From Crenarchaeota archaeon 13_1_40CM_3_52_17 (GTDB lineage: Archaea > Thermoproteota > Bathyarchaeia > 40CM-2-53-6), in contig MNGN01000057.1 of assembly GCA_001918745.1 (NCBI GenBank), positions 1 through 56,162 on the forward strand: a stretch of 56,162 bases of DNA, given 5' to 3'. Both the position numbers and the translations under genes were made by a program. Positions 46,224 through 55,379 of this stretch are shown here, in pieces. Position 1 is the stretch's first letter. The number at the start of each line of letters is the position of its first letter. Under the pieces are notes generated by a model. That model ran no database searches, was not told where the DNA came from, and saw nothing but the letters and a program-made list of their open reading frames with translations.

Positions 46224-47528
46224 TTGTTTTTGTTCCAGCGGCTCGGCTCCATATTTGACGAGTACAAGGGCATACCCCGCGAAGCAAATCTTCTCATCTA
46301 TTCTAGCTTCTTCACTTGGGCTGCCGCAGGATTACTCTTCATCTCACTTCAGGTCTTCCTCGTACTGGAAGGCATCTCCTTCGCAACTAGCAGCCTCATC
46401 TTGGGAACCTTCGGCATCGTCAGCGGCGCATCCACACTCCTCTTCGGTGGCCTAGCCGACCGGTATGGTAAGAAAAAATTCGTAGTTGCTGGTGGACTGC
46501 TAGGAAGCCTCGCTCTAGCCATCTTCGCTCTCGACACAAACATTCCGCACTTGTTTGGGGCGGCTGTTCTAGCCGGATTCTCCGAGGCTGCCTACGCGTC
46601 ATCTTGGAGTGCTATGCTCGCTGACAAGGCGGGAAACATGAAACGGACAAGCGCCTTCGGCCTCTCTTTCTTTGTCGCAACCATCAGCTCTGCCCTAGGC
46701 GGGTTCAGCACGAGCCTGCTCAGTGTGATGAACACGGTCTACAAGATCGACCTAGTCACGGGAAACAGGTATCTCTTCGTGGGAGTCGCCGCAATCAGCC
46801 TCGTAGGACCCCTTATCGTCTACACTCGAGTTTCTGAGTCTCACACGCTCGAGGAGCTGGGATTCCACATAATCCCCAAAAAAGCTCGCCGAGTCATCCT
46901 CCGATACGTAATCGCAGGAATCCTTATCGCGCTGGGCGCGGGAATGGTGATTCCTCTAATGTCCGGCTGGGCCTTTCTCAAATACGGTCTTGCGAACAAC
47001 GTCACGGGACCCATCTTCGGCGGGGTTACTAGCTTGGTGATGGGATTTGCAAACCTAGCAACTCCACGGCTAGCCAGACGGTTCGGAACAGTTCGGACAA
47101 TTGTCCTGACCCAGGGCTCGTCGACTGCCTTTCTCTTCTCAATACCTTTTGCACCTAACTTCGCCTCGGTGTCCGCGATCTATGTCGTTAGGAGTGCCTT
47201 GATGATGATGTCCAATCCAGCTCAGAACTCTCTCTTGATGGGTTTGGTCCCGGCTGAGGAGCGTTCAGTAGCTTCGGCCATCGTGGCTTCTCTCTGGAGG
47301 TTACCGAACTCGTTCAGCACGAGTCTCGGCGGCTACACCATGGGGCTAGCGACCGGCCCGAATGGCGTTACGGATCCGAGTAGCATCTATCTCGCCCTCC
47401 CGTTCATGATCTGTACAGCACTGTATCTAAGCGCCATCACGTACTTCTGGCGGTCATTCAAAGACGTGAAGCTGCCTGAGGAACAGGTTCTGGCACCGAT
47501 TGCGGAGACCATTCCAGCTGCAACCTAG
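46224..47528 (+). CDS. MFS transporter
   Basis: 434 aa, about 12 TM helices, GGLADRYGKKK loop motif between TM2 and TM3. Confidence 0.8.
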   Translation: MFLFQRLGSIFDEYKGIPREANLLIYSSFFTWAAAGLLFISLQVFLVLEGISFATSSLILGTFGIVSGASTLLFGGLADRYGKKKFVVAGGLLGSLALAIFALDTNIPHLFGAAVLAGFSEAAYASSWSAMLADKAGNMKRTSAFGLSFFVATISSALGGFSTSLLSVMNTVYKIDLVTGNRYLFVGVAAISLVGPLIVYTRVSESHTLEELGFHIIPKKARRVILRYVIAGILIALGAGMVIPLMSGWAFLKYGLANNVTGPIFGGVTSLVMGFANLATPRLARRFGTVRTIVLTQGSSTAFLFSIPFAPNFASVSAIYVVRSALMMMSNPAQNSLLMGLVPAEERSVASAIVASLWRLPNSFSTSLGGYTMGLATGPNGVTDPSSIYLALPFMICTALYLSAITYFWRSFKDVKLPEEQVLAPIAETIPAAT

Positions 47529-47677
47529 AATACCATTCACGATTTCCAGCAATATGCCCTAGTCGTGGTTCTGTAATTTTCTCGGATACTTCGACTTAGA
47601 GCCAGAAGTTACGACCCACTTTAGTCGCTGACGGAACTATCGTTGCTCGTCATCGACGCTTATGGAGAAGACGTGTC

Positions 47678-49240
47678 ATGAGATACGCGAGAATCAGCAA
47701 ATACATGCTTCTGCTTGCGCTCTTCGTCTTTGTCCCTCTTCTGTCGATCAACATGGTCCCAATGGTTCATGCTGACCCTCCATTCTCTCTGAACGCCGTT
47801 CCGGCCGCCACGTCAGAGGGAAACACTGTCAGTCTTGTCCTGTCTGCAAATAGTGCTGTCCCCAATCTCCAATACAGGTTCCGGTTCTCCGTAATCGATC
47901 CCGCAGGGAAGACCGCTCAAACTCTGGCGAACTATACCACCGCACCTGGCCAGGACAAGTTTACACTGATAGTTGTCTACCCAAGTCCTACGTTCCAAGG
48001 ATCAAACACGCTAGTAGGCCAATACAACGCTAAAGTCGATGAGCTATGGCCCACGGCAGCGCCAGGCATTGCTGGGACCTCGTTCATACTCACCATCACG
48101 GATAGTTTCTCATATCAGAGGACGCAAACCGTGCTCATACAGGCAAGCGGATATAGTGCGTCGGAAAGTGTTACGGTAACCATCAGGACGCAGACAACAT
48201 CGACGGTTGTATTCTCCCAAATTCTACAAGCGACCGGCGCGGGGATCGTAGGAACAAGTTGGAAGACCCCGAGGAACGCAACAATAGACACTTACATTGT
48301 TAGCTTGACCGGGACCAGCACCGTCAAGAATCCGGCTGATTCGCAACCTTTCGCACTGGGACCTGCGATCATGATCATTAGCTCGATTACGTCCGCCAAA
48401 TCGGTCTACCAGAGGACTGAGACGATGAGTTTCTTCTTCCAGCCCACTTATCCAGATGGATCTATTCCGTCGACAGGAGTCGCTCTTCTCAGCTTAGCTA
48501 GGCCCGGTGGTAACAGCGTGACCCTGACGGCAACCTATGATGGTACGTCTCAGACTTTTGATTCGTCTTACCAAACTTCGTTGGATAATCAAACGGGGAC
48601 ATGGACGGCAAGCTTGGGAGGACATGCTTACAGCGACGCTTACGGGAACAATGGTCCCGGAACAATAGTCTCCACTGCCCCGCTGCTAACAACTATCCCT
48701 CTAACTGTCACAGTTACCACAAACTCTACCATCGCTGTGGGTCAACAGCTCAGGTTCAACGCGAACGTCACGTATCCTGATGGTACGGTTTTCCTGCCGG
48801 GCACTGTGAAGGCCTACCTTCTCTACAGTGGAACGCCGGTGGTTAACGACACGGTCCCCGTTGTTTTCGACACAACCCTGGGACTGTGGATCGGAACTTA
48901 TACGGTGCGGCCTTCAGATACAGGTGGACTGTGGTCCCTAGTCGTCAAGGCATCAGACTCTCCAACACCTCCCAACACTGGCTCTGCGACGCGAGCCATC
49001 AATGTTCAGAATACGACAGGAGGGAACGCGTCTTTTCCTCTCTACTACTTTGGCATTATAGCCGCCCTCCTAGCCTCGCTACTGGTTGCTGTATTCTTCG
49101 GGTTCAGACGCCGCAAAGTAACGCATGCAAGGTTGAAAATTGACCTGGAGGCCGTTCGGTCGGAAGCTGGACGAATAGAGAGTACCGATTTCTTCAAGTC
49201 AGTTAAGGATCAGGTACAGAAGGAAAAGGATGACAAGTGA
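47678..49240 (+). CDS. cell-surface protein: signal peptide, repeated beta-sandwich-like modules, C-terminal TM anchor
   Basis: Signal peptide MRYARISKYMLLLALFVFVPLL, T/S-rich repeated modules with many N-x-S/T sequons, TM helix FGIIAALLASLLVAVFFGF, and a charged tail. Confidence 0.55.
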   Translation: MRYARISKYMLLLALFVFVPLLSINMVPMVHADPPFSLNAVPAATSEGNTVSLVLSANSAVPNLQYRFRFSVIDPAGKTAQTLANYTTAPGQDKFTLIVVYPSPTFQGSNTLVGQYNAKVDELWPTAAPGIAGTSFILTITDSFSYQRTQTVLIQASGYSASESVTVTIRTQTTSTVVFSQILQATGAGIVGTSWKTPRNATIDTYIVSLTGTSTVKNPADSQPFALGPAIMIISSITSAKSVYQRTETMSFFFQPTYPDGSIPSTGVALLSLARPGGNSVTLTATYDGTSQTFDSSYQTSLDNQTGTWTASLGGHAYSDAYGNNGPGTIVSTAPLLTTIPLTVTVTTNSTIAVGQQLRFNANVTYPDGTVFLPGTVKAYLLYSGTPVVNDTVPVVFDTTLGLWIGTYTVRPSDTGGLWSLVVKASDSPTPPNTGSATRAINVQNTTGGNASFPLYYFGIIAALLASLLVAVFFGFRRRKVTHARLKIDLEAVRSEAGRIESTDFFKSVKDQVQKEKDDK

Positions 49241-49557
49241 GACTGCCTGGATCTTACTCGCTTCTAGCAGTGGATTCGCCCATTTCAAGCCCTGATCTCG
49301 AATCTGGAACATGCCTCGATCCTCGCCCAGAAGTCGTTCGTGAACGGTTCTAGATTTCCCGACTTTCCCCTTTCACCCAAGCCCGGATCCCCGGCTCTGA
49401 ATCCCAAGACTCGCCCGTTATCACTGCCAGACAGAAAATTTTCTCTAGAAAACAGGGTAGGGGGTATAGCACACACAGCATCTCACGACGCAAAGAGCGG
49501 TTTCCCCGAACGCACAGAAGCCCGTTCCTTTTGCTGGAGATAAGCGAAACTCGCGGT

Positions 49558-50814
49558 TTAAGGGAGTATTCCGCCGATCTTCGCCAAGGTCACGAGTCCC
49601 GGTTTCTTCTCGAATATTCCAGCAGTGATCTCCAACGCTTTCTTCTGTAGCTTCTTGTCCTTGTTCAGCTTCCGAAGCGCTCTCCTATTCAATCGTTTTA
49701 TCAGCCAGTTATCGCTCAGCGCATAAGTCACAGTATAGTTCGCGTGCTTTCCGATCACTTCCGCACGCGTTTTCCGTTCCTTCTGGTATTGAAGCAAGGA
49801 TGCTTGCGAGAAGTCCCCTGCCACCTTGCACTTGTCAATGGTCTCAGCAAGCGCCACAGCGTCTTCCAATGCTAAGTTTACTCCCTGTCCAGCGTGCGGA
49901 TGAATAGTGTGTGCCGAATCCCCCAACAACGCAACCCCGTTTCCCACCCACCTGTCTACCCGTATGAACGAGGGCGTGAAATAGGCCATCCTCGTCCAGG
50001 CCTCCACACCGGTAAACGCGTCCGCCATCTCCGGCGCCGCCTGGACAACCTCCGCTCTGAAAGAGGTCAACCCTTCCTTCTTGACGCTGTCAAAGCTTCG
50101 AGGTCCGACACAGTAGAAGAAGTACGTGGCCTCGGGACCGGAAGGCATTATCCCCAACATCTTCCCAGGGTGCTGGTACTGTCGCGCCCTGCCCTCCAAA
50201 CCCGGGATAGCACCAGCAAGTCCAACGAGAAACGAGTCAGGATATTTCCTAGTCTTCACCTTAACCCCAATACTATTGCGAATTCGTGACTGAGGCCCAT
50301 CAGCGCCTACAACAACCGCAGCCTGAATCTGATCTCTCATGCCATCCGTTTCGAAAACGACTCCGTCAACCTTACCCCCAGACATTGTCAGTTCCTGGAA
50401 GGAGGAACCCCAGAGAAGCTTAGCCCCCGCCTTCTCGGCCAAGTAAACAAGTAACCGTTCCACTTCGGTCGCGTTCGCCGTCAAGAGATAGTTCTGCGGA
50501 TGATCCAACAAACCATAATCTGCTTCTAGCAAAACTTCTCCGTCCCAGTTCTTCACCTCCAAGATCTGAGATGCAGAACCCACCTCTTTCGCCCGCTCGA
50601 GCGCTCCAAGCTTTTCCAGAACAGCCAAACCATTCGGCTGAAACGTCAAGCCCCGCGGAATCCCCTCTGGACTCTTCTGCCTTTCAAGCAGAATTGTTGA
50701 GATCCCATTGTTCTGCAGCTCCACCGCCAGAGCTAGAGCAGCAATCCCTGCTCCCACAATCGCGACATCGGCCTTCCCAGGCAACTTTTCTTCCCCAGCT
50801 GTCCCCCGAGCCAC
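49558..50814 (-). CDS. FAD-dependent monooxygenase (UbiH/geranylgeranyl reductase-like)
   Basis: VAIVGAGIAALALA and LLGDSAHTIHPHAGQG motifs. Confidence 0.8.
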   Translation of the reverse strand: MARGTAGEEKLPGKADVAIVGAGIAALALAVELQNNGISTILLERQKSPEGIPRGLTFQPNGLAVLEKLGALERAKEVGSASQILEVKNWDGEVLLEADYGLLDHPQNYLLTANATEVERLLVYLAEKAGAKLLWGSSFQELTMSGGKVDGVVFETDGMRDQIQAAVVVGADGPQSRIRNSIGVKVKTRKYPDSFLVGLAGAIPGLEGRARQYQHPGKMLGIMPSGPEATYFFYCVGPRSFDSVKKEGLTSFRAEVVQAAPEMADAFTGVEAWTRMAYFTPSFIRVDRWVGNGVALLGDSAHTIHPHAGQGVNLALEDAVALAETIDKCKVAGDFSQASLLQYQKERKTRAEVIGKHANYTVTYALSDNWLIKRLNRRALRKLNKDKKLQKKALEITAGIFEKKPGLVTLAKIGGILP

Positions 50815-50835
50815 TATTGTTGATATCTTAAAATC

Positions 50836-51504
50836 ATGCCGGAACCCTCATCGAGTAGAGTTTTCTTGAGCAGAATTCACGGCCAAGGCTCAACTGAGAA
50901 GTTAACGCTCTATGATCCCGGCATGTCAGTCGCACCTCACGTTTACAACAACGACCGACGATACGCTGTCCTTGTCGTCGACATGCTCTATGACTTTGTC
51001 TACGGAAAGATTAAGACCAATCGTGCATTACCGATTATCCCAAAGTCTGGAGAGCTAACCGACGCCGCGCGCAGTGCGAATATCCCGGTCTTCTATCCTA
51101 ACGATTCGCACACACGCCGAGATTTCGAGATCCAGCGTTGGGGCGAACATGCGATGAGGGGAACGAAGGGCGCGAAAGTGATCCGCGCTCTCAGACCAAG
51201 AAAGAAGGATGTTGAAATTCCTAAGACCACTTACAGCAGCTTCCATGACACGAGATTGGAGAAGGAGCTGAAGAAGGCTTACGATGGCAAAGGCGCGAAC
51301 ACGCTGATACTCGCTGGGCTCCATGCAGACTGTTGTGTGAGACATACTTGCGCGGACGCGTTCTTCAAGGGATACGAGACGATCGTTGCAGAGGACGCTG
51401 TCAACTCGTTCACAGAACTACAATACCGGACTGGATTGCAGTACGTCAGATTCTGGTACTTGACAGACGTGCTGCCGACAAAGAAGATCACGAAATTATT
51501 CTAG
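50836..51504 (+). CDS. isochorismatase-family hydrolase (nicotinamidase-like)
   Basis: AVLVVDMLYDF (Asp), IPKTTYS (Lys), LAGLHADCCVRHT (Cys). ATG 50923 is an alternative start. Confidence 0.8.
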   Translation: MPEPSSSRVFLSRIHGQGSTEKLTLYDPGMSVAPHVYNNDRRYAVLVVDMLYDFVYGKIKTNRALPIIPKSGELTDAARSANIPVFYPNDSHTRRDFEIQRWGEHAMRGTKGAKVIRALRPRKKDVEIPKTTYSSFHDTRLEKELKKAYDGKGANTLILAGLHADCCVRHTCADAFFKGYETIVAEDAVNSFTELQYRTGLQYVRFWYLTDVLPTKKITKLF

Positions 51505-51526
51505 GAAGCGTTCGGGCTCGAAGAAG

Positions 51527-52471
51527 CCCACCCGTGTCATCATCGACCAAGACGGAGGGATCGATGATGCGCTCGCCCTCATACTCACACTAAGATCCCC
51601 AGAACTTGAAGTCGCAGCCATAACTGCAGTCTCCGGAAATGTAACCGTAGACCAGGCGACACTGAATGGGTTGCGAGTCGTTGATCTGCTCAACAGAGGA
51701 GACGTGCCGGTTGCTAGAGGACAGGGAAACCCGCTTGTGCGAGATCCGGTCCGGGCTACCAGCTTCCATGGAAAAGATGGACTAGGCGACTCCAATCTTC
51801 CACGTTCAAAGATCCATCCCGCCGAAAAGAATGCAATAGACACCATCTCCAACGAGCTAGCTATCTCAAAGCGTCGCGACCTAACCATAATCTGCACCGG
51901 TCCACTAACCAACATTGCCGCTCTCCTGACAAGTTTCCCGGAATCCACCAAAATGATCAAGGAGCTCGTGATAATGGGCGGAGCCTACGGCGTAACCGAG
52001 TATGATGTTGGCAACGTAACGCCGGTTGCCGAGTTTAACATCTACGCGGATCCGGAAGCGGCAAAAATCGTGTTCGAATCCGAGGTACAATTGCGAGCAG
52101 TTGGCCTCGACGTGACAATGAACCCCAAGAACCAGTTGACCCTGAAAGATTATGCTGATATCAAGAAGAGCAAGGGCAGAGTTTCAGCCTTCGCCGCTAA
52201 GATCCTTAGCAAGAACATTGGCAAGCACCGAATCTTCGCGTTGCACGATCCAATGACCGTCGCCACCAGGATCAAGCCCTCGCTCTTCGAGTATGCCAGC
52301 TACAAAGTCCAAGTCGAGACACGAGGCGAAATCACAGGAGGCATGACAATTGCCGATAGACGTGAAGGGAAACCGGAAGGCAAGACGCCAGGAAAGAAAA
52401 TCCTGATTTGCAACAATGTAGATTCTCGAAGTTTCAAACAGCTCTTTCTAGATCGTTTAATCGGGTCCTGA
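51527..52471 (+). CDS. nucleoside hydrolase (IUNH family); start codon unresolved
   Basis: The track ORF begins at TTG 51671. The same frame stays open back to 51464 and encodes the family's N-terminal aspartate motif RVIIDQDGGIDDALAL (about 51533..51580). No ATG, GTG or TTG occurs in frame between 51464 and 51671. Confidence 0.7.
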   Translation, partial: PTRVIIDQDGGIDDALALILTLRSPELEVAAITAVSGNVTVDQATLNGLRVVDLLNRGDVPVARGQGNPLVRDPVRATSFHGKDGLGDSNLPRSKIHPAEKNAIDTISNELAISKRRDLTIICTGPLTNIAALLTSFPESTKMIKELVIMGGAYGVTEYDVGNVTPVAEFNIYADPEAAKIVFESEVQLRAVGLDVTMNPKNQLTLKDYADIKKSKGRVSAFAAKILSKNIGKHRIFALHDPMTVATRIKPSLFEYASYKVQVETRGEITGGMTIADRREGKPEGKTPGKKILICNNVDSRSFKQLFLDRLIGS

Positions 52472-52551
52472 GCGGTTGATACGTCAAAACGGGTGTTTCT
52501 GAGCCTCGTGTGAGAACTTTTAAACTCAATATTTGGCAATATACAGCTACT

Positions 52552-52902
52552 ATGGGAAAGGAAATCGGCCACATAGAACTGACATCCAAGGACCTCATGG
52601 CGACTAAAAAGTTCTACTCCAAACTCTTCGGCTGGAAATTCGAAATGTTCGGCGATGGCTATGCAATGTTCAAGACTTCGCAGAAAGGCGTCGGCGGAGG
52701 CTTCCAACTAGGCAAGAAAGTCAAACCCGGCTCAACAACATTCTACGTCAACGTCGACACCATACCTGCGACCCAGCAGAAAGCAAAGAGCCTCGGCGGA
52801 CGAATCCTGAAAAAGCGGAAGTCTATCGGCGGCGGAATGGGCTACTGGGGAACTATCGGCGACCCGCACGGCAACGTCATCGGCCTCTGGAGCAAAAAGT
52901 AA
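52552..52902 (+). CDS. VOC (glyoxalase/bleomycin-resistance) family protein
   Basis: ATG 52552 (MGKEIGHIELTSKD...). About 116 aa with the typical beta-alpha-beta-beta-beta pattern. Confidence 0.7.
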   Translation: MGKEIGHIELTSKDLMATKKFYSKLFGWKFEMFGDGYAMFKTSQKGVGGGFQLGKKVKPGSTTFYVNVDTIPATQQKAKSLGGRILKKRKSIGGGMGYWGTIGDPHGNVIGLWSKK

Positions 52903-52962
52903 CCCTCCAACACGCGCGCGATGCTAGTAACGCGCTAGCCTAGCGCAGAATATCAAATTCCC

Positions 52963-52968
52963 TTTTTT
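52963..52968 (+). terminator. T-run downstream of the VOC gene
   Basis: TTTTTT 60 nt after the stop, preceded by GC-rich palindromic sequence (GCGCTAG-C-CTAGCGC, 52932..52946). Confidence 0.3.
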
Positions 52969-53310
52969 CGCCTAATACGCACCTTTCTTAAAGGGTCCGA
53001 TTCTGGAATCTGCAAACCTGACGAGAGTCTAACGAAAACCAATCCTACTACTCTTCTTCCTCTCCCCCCTCATCGGCGAAGGACTCTCGCAACCCATGGA
53101 CGCTGGCTCGGGACGAACTTCGACTTCATCCTCGAATCCCTAGGACGATTTGGGACGAGCGCCTTGGGGGTCGCGTTCATCATCTACCTTCTTTCGATTA
53201 AGAAGAAGATCATCCTGCAATTCCCTCGGACCCAGTCGTCTGCAACTGGGTCCGGAACGCCAGAGCCTAGAGATCCGGGTGTACGATAACCGGATACGGG
53301 AGACTTCGAA

Positions 53311-53392
53311 GTAACTTGGAGGCCTCTTCTGTAACTATTCTTTCTCCGTAACTTTTCTGTTCTTGTAATTATTTTTTTTCTGTTAACTAATC
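53311..53392. repeat. degenerate tandem array of about 17-nt units starting GTAACT/GTAATT
   Basis: GTAACT at 53311, 53331 and 53348, GTAATT at 53365, and GTTAACT at about 53381. Each is followed by a pyrimidine-rich spacer. A T8 run lies at 53372..53379. Confidence 0.6.
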
Positions 53393-53523
53393 TGTGACCC
53401 CCCCGAGGGTCGAATTTCCCGCGCCCCACCCTCCATGAAACCCGAAAAACCATCCCAGGCTCCGACCATGTCAACGGTTATCTGGCTTCAAAACCGGAAA
53501 AAGTCTCCAAATTTCGCAGGAAT

Positions 53524-53560
53524 CGCCGAAATTCGGCGAGAACGGAATATGTTATATATA
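53524..53560 (+). promoter_or_regulatory. palindrome plus TATA box upstream of the membrane-protein array
   Basis: CGCCGAA-A-TTCGGCG (53524..53538), then TTATATATA (53552..53560) about 30 nt before ATG 53590. Confidence 0.4.
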
Positions 53561-53589
53561 CTGTTAGAGCGTCGCTGAGACTGATCTAT

Positions 53590-54096
53590 ATGGGCGATAA
53601 GCCGACAGCCGCAATGGTTCTGTCCCTGATAGGTGGACTATTCGTTATTTTCGGTGGAGCCGCTCTTGCTTTCGCGGGATCGATAATTGGCTCATTCAAC
53701 GTTACCGGTGCAGCTTCTGCGAGCAGTACAGTGTTAGCACTGGGAATTGTAGGCGTCATCATGGGACTGATCATGGTTGTTGGAGGATTCATGATGTACT
53801 CCAAACCAACCAGCGCCAAGATGTGGGGCGTTATCGTCCTGATACTCTCGATAATTAGCTGGGTTACCGCACTCGGAGGCTTCTTCATCGGCTTCCTTCT
53901 CGGACTGATCGGCGGCATACTCGCGCTAACCTTCAAGCCAACAATGGCTCCGGGCGCAATGCCTCCGCCGATGATGAGCTCGTCAATGCCAATGGGCTCA
54001 GCACCAATGGGATCGATGGGTACGAACTGTAAGAATTGTGGCGCCAGCATTCCTGCTGGAGCAACACGTTGCCCTAGTTGCGGAGCGAGTCTCTAG
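53590..54096 (+). CDS. 4-TM membrane protein with M/P/S-rich linker and C-terminal zinc ribbon
   Basis: 168 aa. The tail is PTMAPGAMPPPMMSSSMPMGSAPMGSMGTN followed by CKNCGASIPAGATRCPSCGASL. Confidence 0.6.
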   Translation: MGDKPTAAMVLSLIGGLFVIFGGAALAFAGSIIGSFNVTGAASASSTVLALGIVGVIMGLIMVVGGFMMYSKPTSAKMWGVIVLILSIISWVTALGGFFIGFLLGLIGGILALTFKPTMAPGAMPPPMMSSSMPMGSAPMGSMGTNCKNCGASIPAGATRCPSCGASL

Positions 54097-54101
54097 CAAC
54101 C

Positions 54102-54611
54102 ATGCAACCAAAAGCACCGCGACCAACGGGCGTAACAGTTCTAGCTGTACTAGCGATTCTGGCAGCAATAGGGCTTCTGTTTTTCGGATCAGCCCTCATT
54201 GGACTTGGGCTCCTCCTTGGTACGCTAACCGCATCCGTTGACATTACTAACGCTATCACAACTGCCGGGTATCCCGGACTAGCCTCGCTCGGGGTAGGAA
54301 CCATATCGGCACTCATCATCGCCCTCGGCGCCGTATTCTTGATTCTCGGAATCCTCTATCTAACCGTCGGAGTTGGGTTCCTTGGTGGAAAGAGATGGGC
54401 CTGGACCCTAGGAATCATAGTAAGCGTTATCGGAATAGTTCTCAACATAATTCAGCTGATCGGTGGCAACTACAGCGGCGTCGTTTCGCTGATAATATCG
54501 CTGCTAATAATCTACTACCTCACGAGACCACACGTCAAGGTCTTCTTCGGCAGGGGAACCCCGAGGACATCACCCGTTACCATGCCAGGAACGGGTTCCT
54601 CGACACCCTAG
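54102..54611 (+). CDS. 4-TM membrane protein, paralogue of 54744..55379, no zinc ribbon
   Basis: ATG 54102 lies 5 nt after the upstream stop. It shares GVGFLGGKRWAWTLGII and IIYYLTRPHVKVFFGRG with the next gene. Confidence 0.6.
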   Translation: MQPKAPRPTGVTVLAVLAILAAIGLLFFGSALIGLGLLLGTLTASVDITNAITTAGYPGLASLGVGTISALIIALGAVFLILGILYLTVGVGFLGGKRWAWTLGIIVSVIGIVLNIIQLIGGNYSGVVSLIISLLIIYYLTRPHVKVFFGRGTPRTSPVTMPGTGSSTP

Positions 54612-54743
54612 TCGAACCAATATCTCAAGCAGTCAGAATCAAGCTTTCTCTCCAATCTGCTCAACAAACCGACGTGGCTCACTGTTCAAGAACGAGGTTG
54701 GTAACAGTCCGCTTAACACCTTCCGGTGAGACTCGATTTTTCC

Positions 54744-55379
54744 ATGATGCAGAAGCCTTCGCGGCCGATCGGCATTACAATTCTCGGGATAATTGAGATC
54801 CTAATCGGGATTCTCGGACTTCTGGTTAGCATTGCGATAATCGGCGTGTCGGCCCTATTCTCAACTCTTCCCACAGTCGGAACCCTGATCGGCACTGTAG
54901 GAGTCGTAATTGGTGGGGTCTTCCTCTTCTTCAGCCTCGTCTGGCTGGCCACGGGAGTAGGGTTTCTCCACGGAAAGGGCTGGGCATGGACCCTAGGAAT
55001 GATCTTCACAGTCCTCTCAATTCTCGGCGCCGCCTACGTCGCGTTCACCGGACTCTACCAAGCGGGCTACGCCCTAGGCTTCTGGGTACTGATGATAATC
55101 TATCTGACGAGATCACGCGTCAAAGCCTTCTTCGGCAAAGGAACCTTTCCAACGTACATGCCCGCGATGAACATGCAACCTACAATGAGAACCGCCCCAG
55201 TACTCCAATCACAAACTCAATACGCTCCAACAGTGCAACCATCTCTCCAGTACACTCCTGCCGCACCAGCATCAACACCGATACCGGTAGTAGCGAACGC
55301 AACGGGGAAATGTCGTTCCTGCGGCGTCCCTCTGGCCCCAGGGAACACGTTCTGCACTAACTGCGGCGCGAAACAGTAA
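54744..55379 (+). CDS. 4-TM membrane protein with low-complexity linker and C-terminal zinc ribbon
   Basis: GVGFLHGKGWAWTLGMI and MIIYLTRSRVKAFFGKG. The P/Q/T-rich linker ends in CRSCGVPLAPGNTFCTNCGAKQ. Confidence 0.6.
   Translation: MMQKPSRPIGITILGIIEILIGILGLLVSIAIIGVSALFSTLPTVGTLIGTVGVVIGGVFLFFSLVWLATGVGFLHGKGWAWTLGMIFTVLSILGAAYVAFTGLYQAGYALGFWVLMIIYLTRSRVKAFFGKGTFPTYMPAMNMQPTMRTAPVLQSQTQYAPTVQPSLQYTPAAPASTPIPVVANATGKCRSCGVPLAPGNTFCTNCGAKQ

Noticed and set aside
51457-51540. Programmed +1 frameshift fusing the isochorismatase to the nucleoside hydrolase
   Set aside because: The frames differ by +1 and the hydrolase frame is open across the junction. But the sequence before the TAG (AAA TTA TTC TAG G) gives no plausible slippery re-pairing.
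53120-53195. Minus-strand ATGATGA and a TCGAATCCC string suggesting a C/D sRNA or a tRNA T-arm
   Set aside because: No CTGA D box follows the C-like box. No complementary T-stem or acceptor stem flanks the TCGAATCC string.
53311-53392. The repeat array plus A/T-rich tract as a replication origin
   Set aside because: There is no orc1/cdc6 gene nearby and no origin-recognition-box-like inverted repeats that I recognise. The idea is kept only as a generic binding-site array.
53184-53474. 96-aa, extremely basic minus-strand ORF in the gene-free region
   Set aside because: Its R/K-rich composition is produced by reading the pyrimidine-rich GTAACT repeat array in reverse. It has no ribosome-binding or TATA context, so it is probably not coding.
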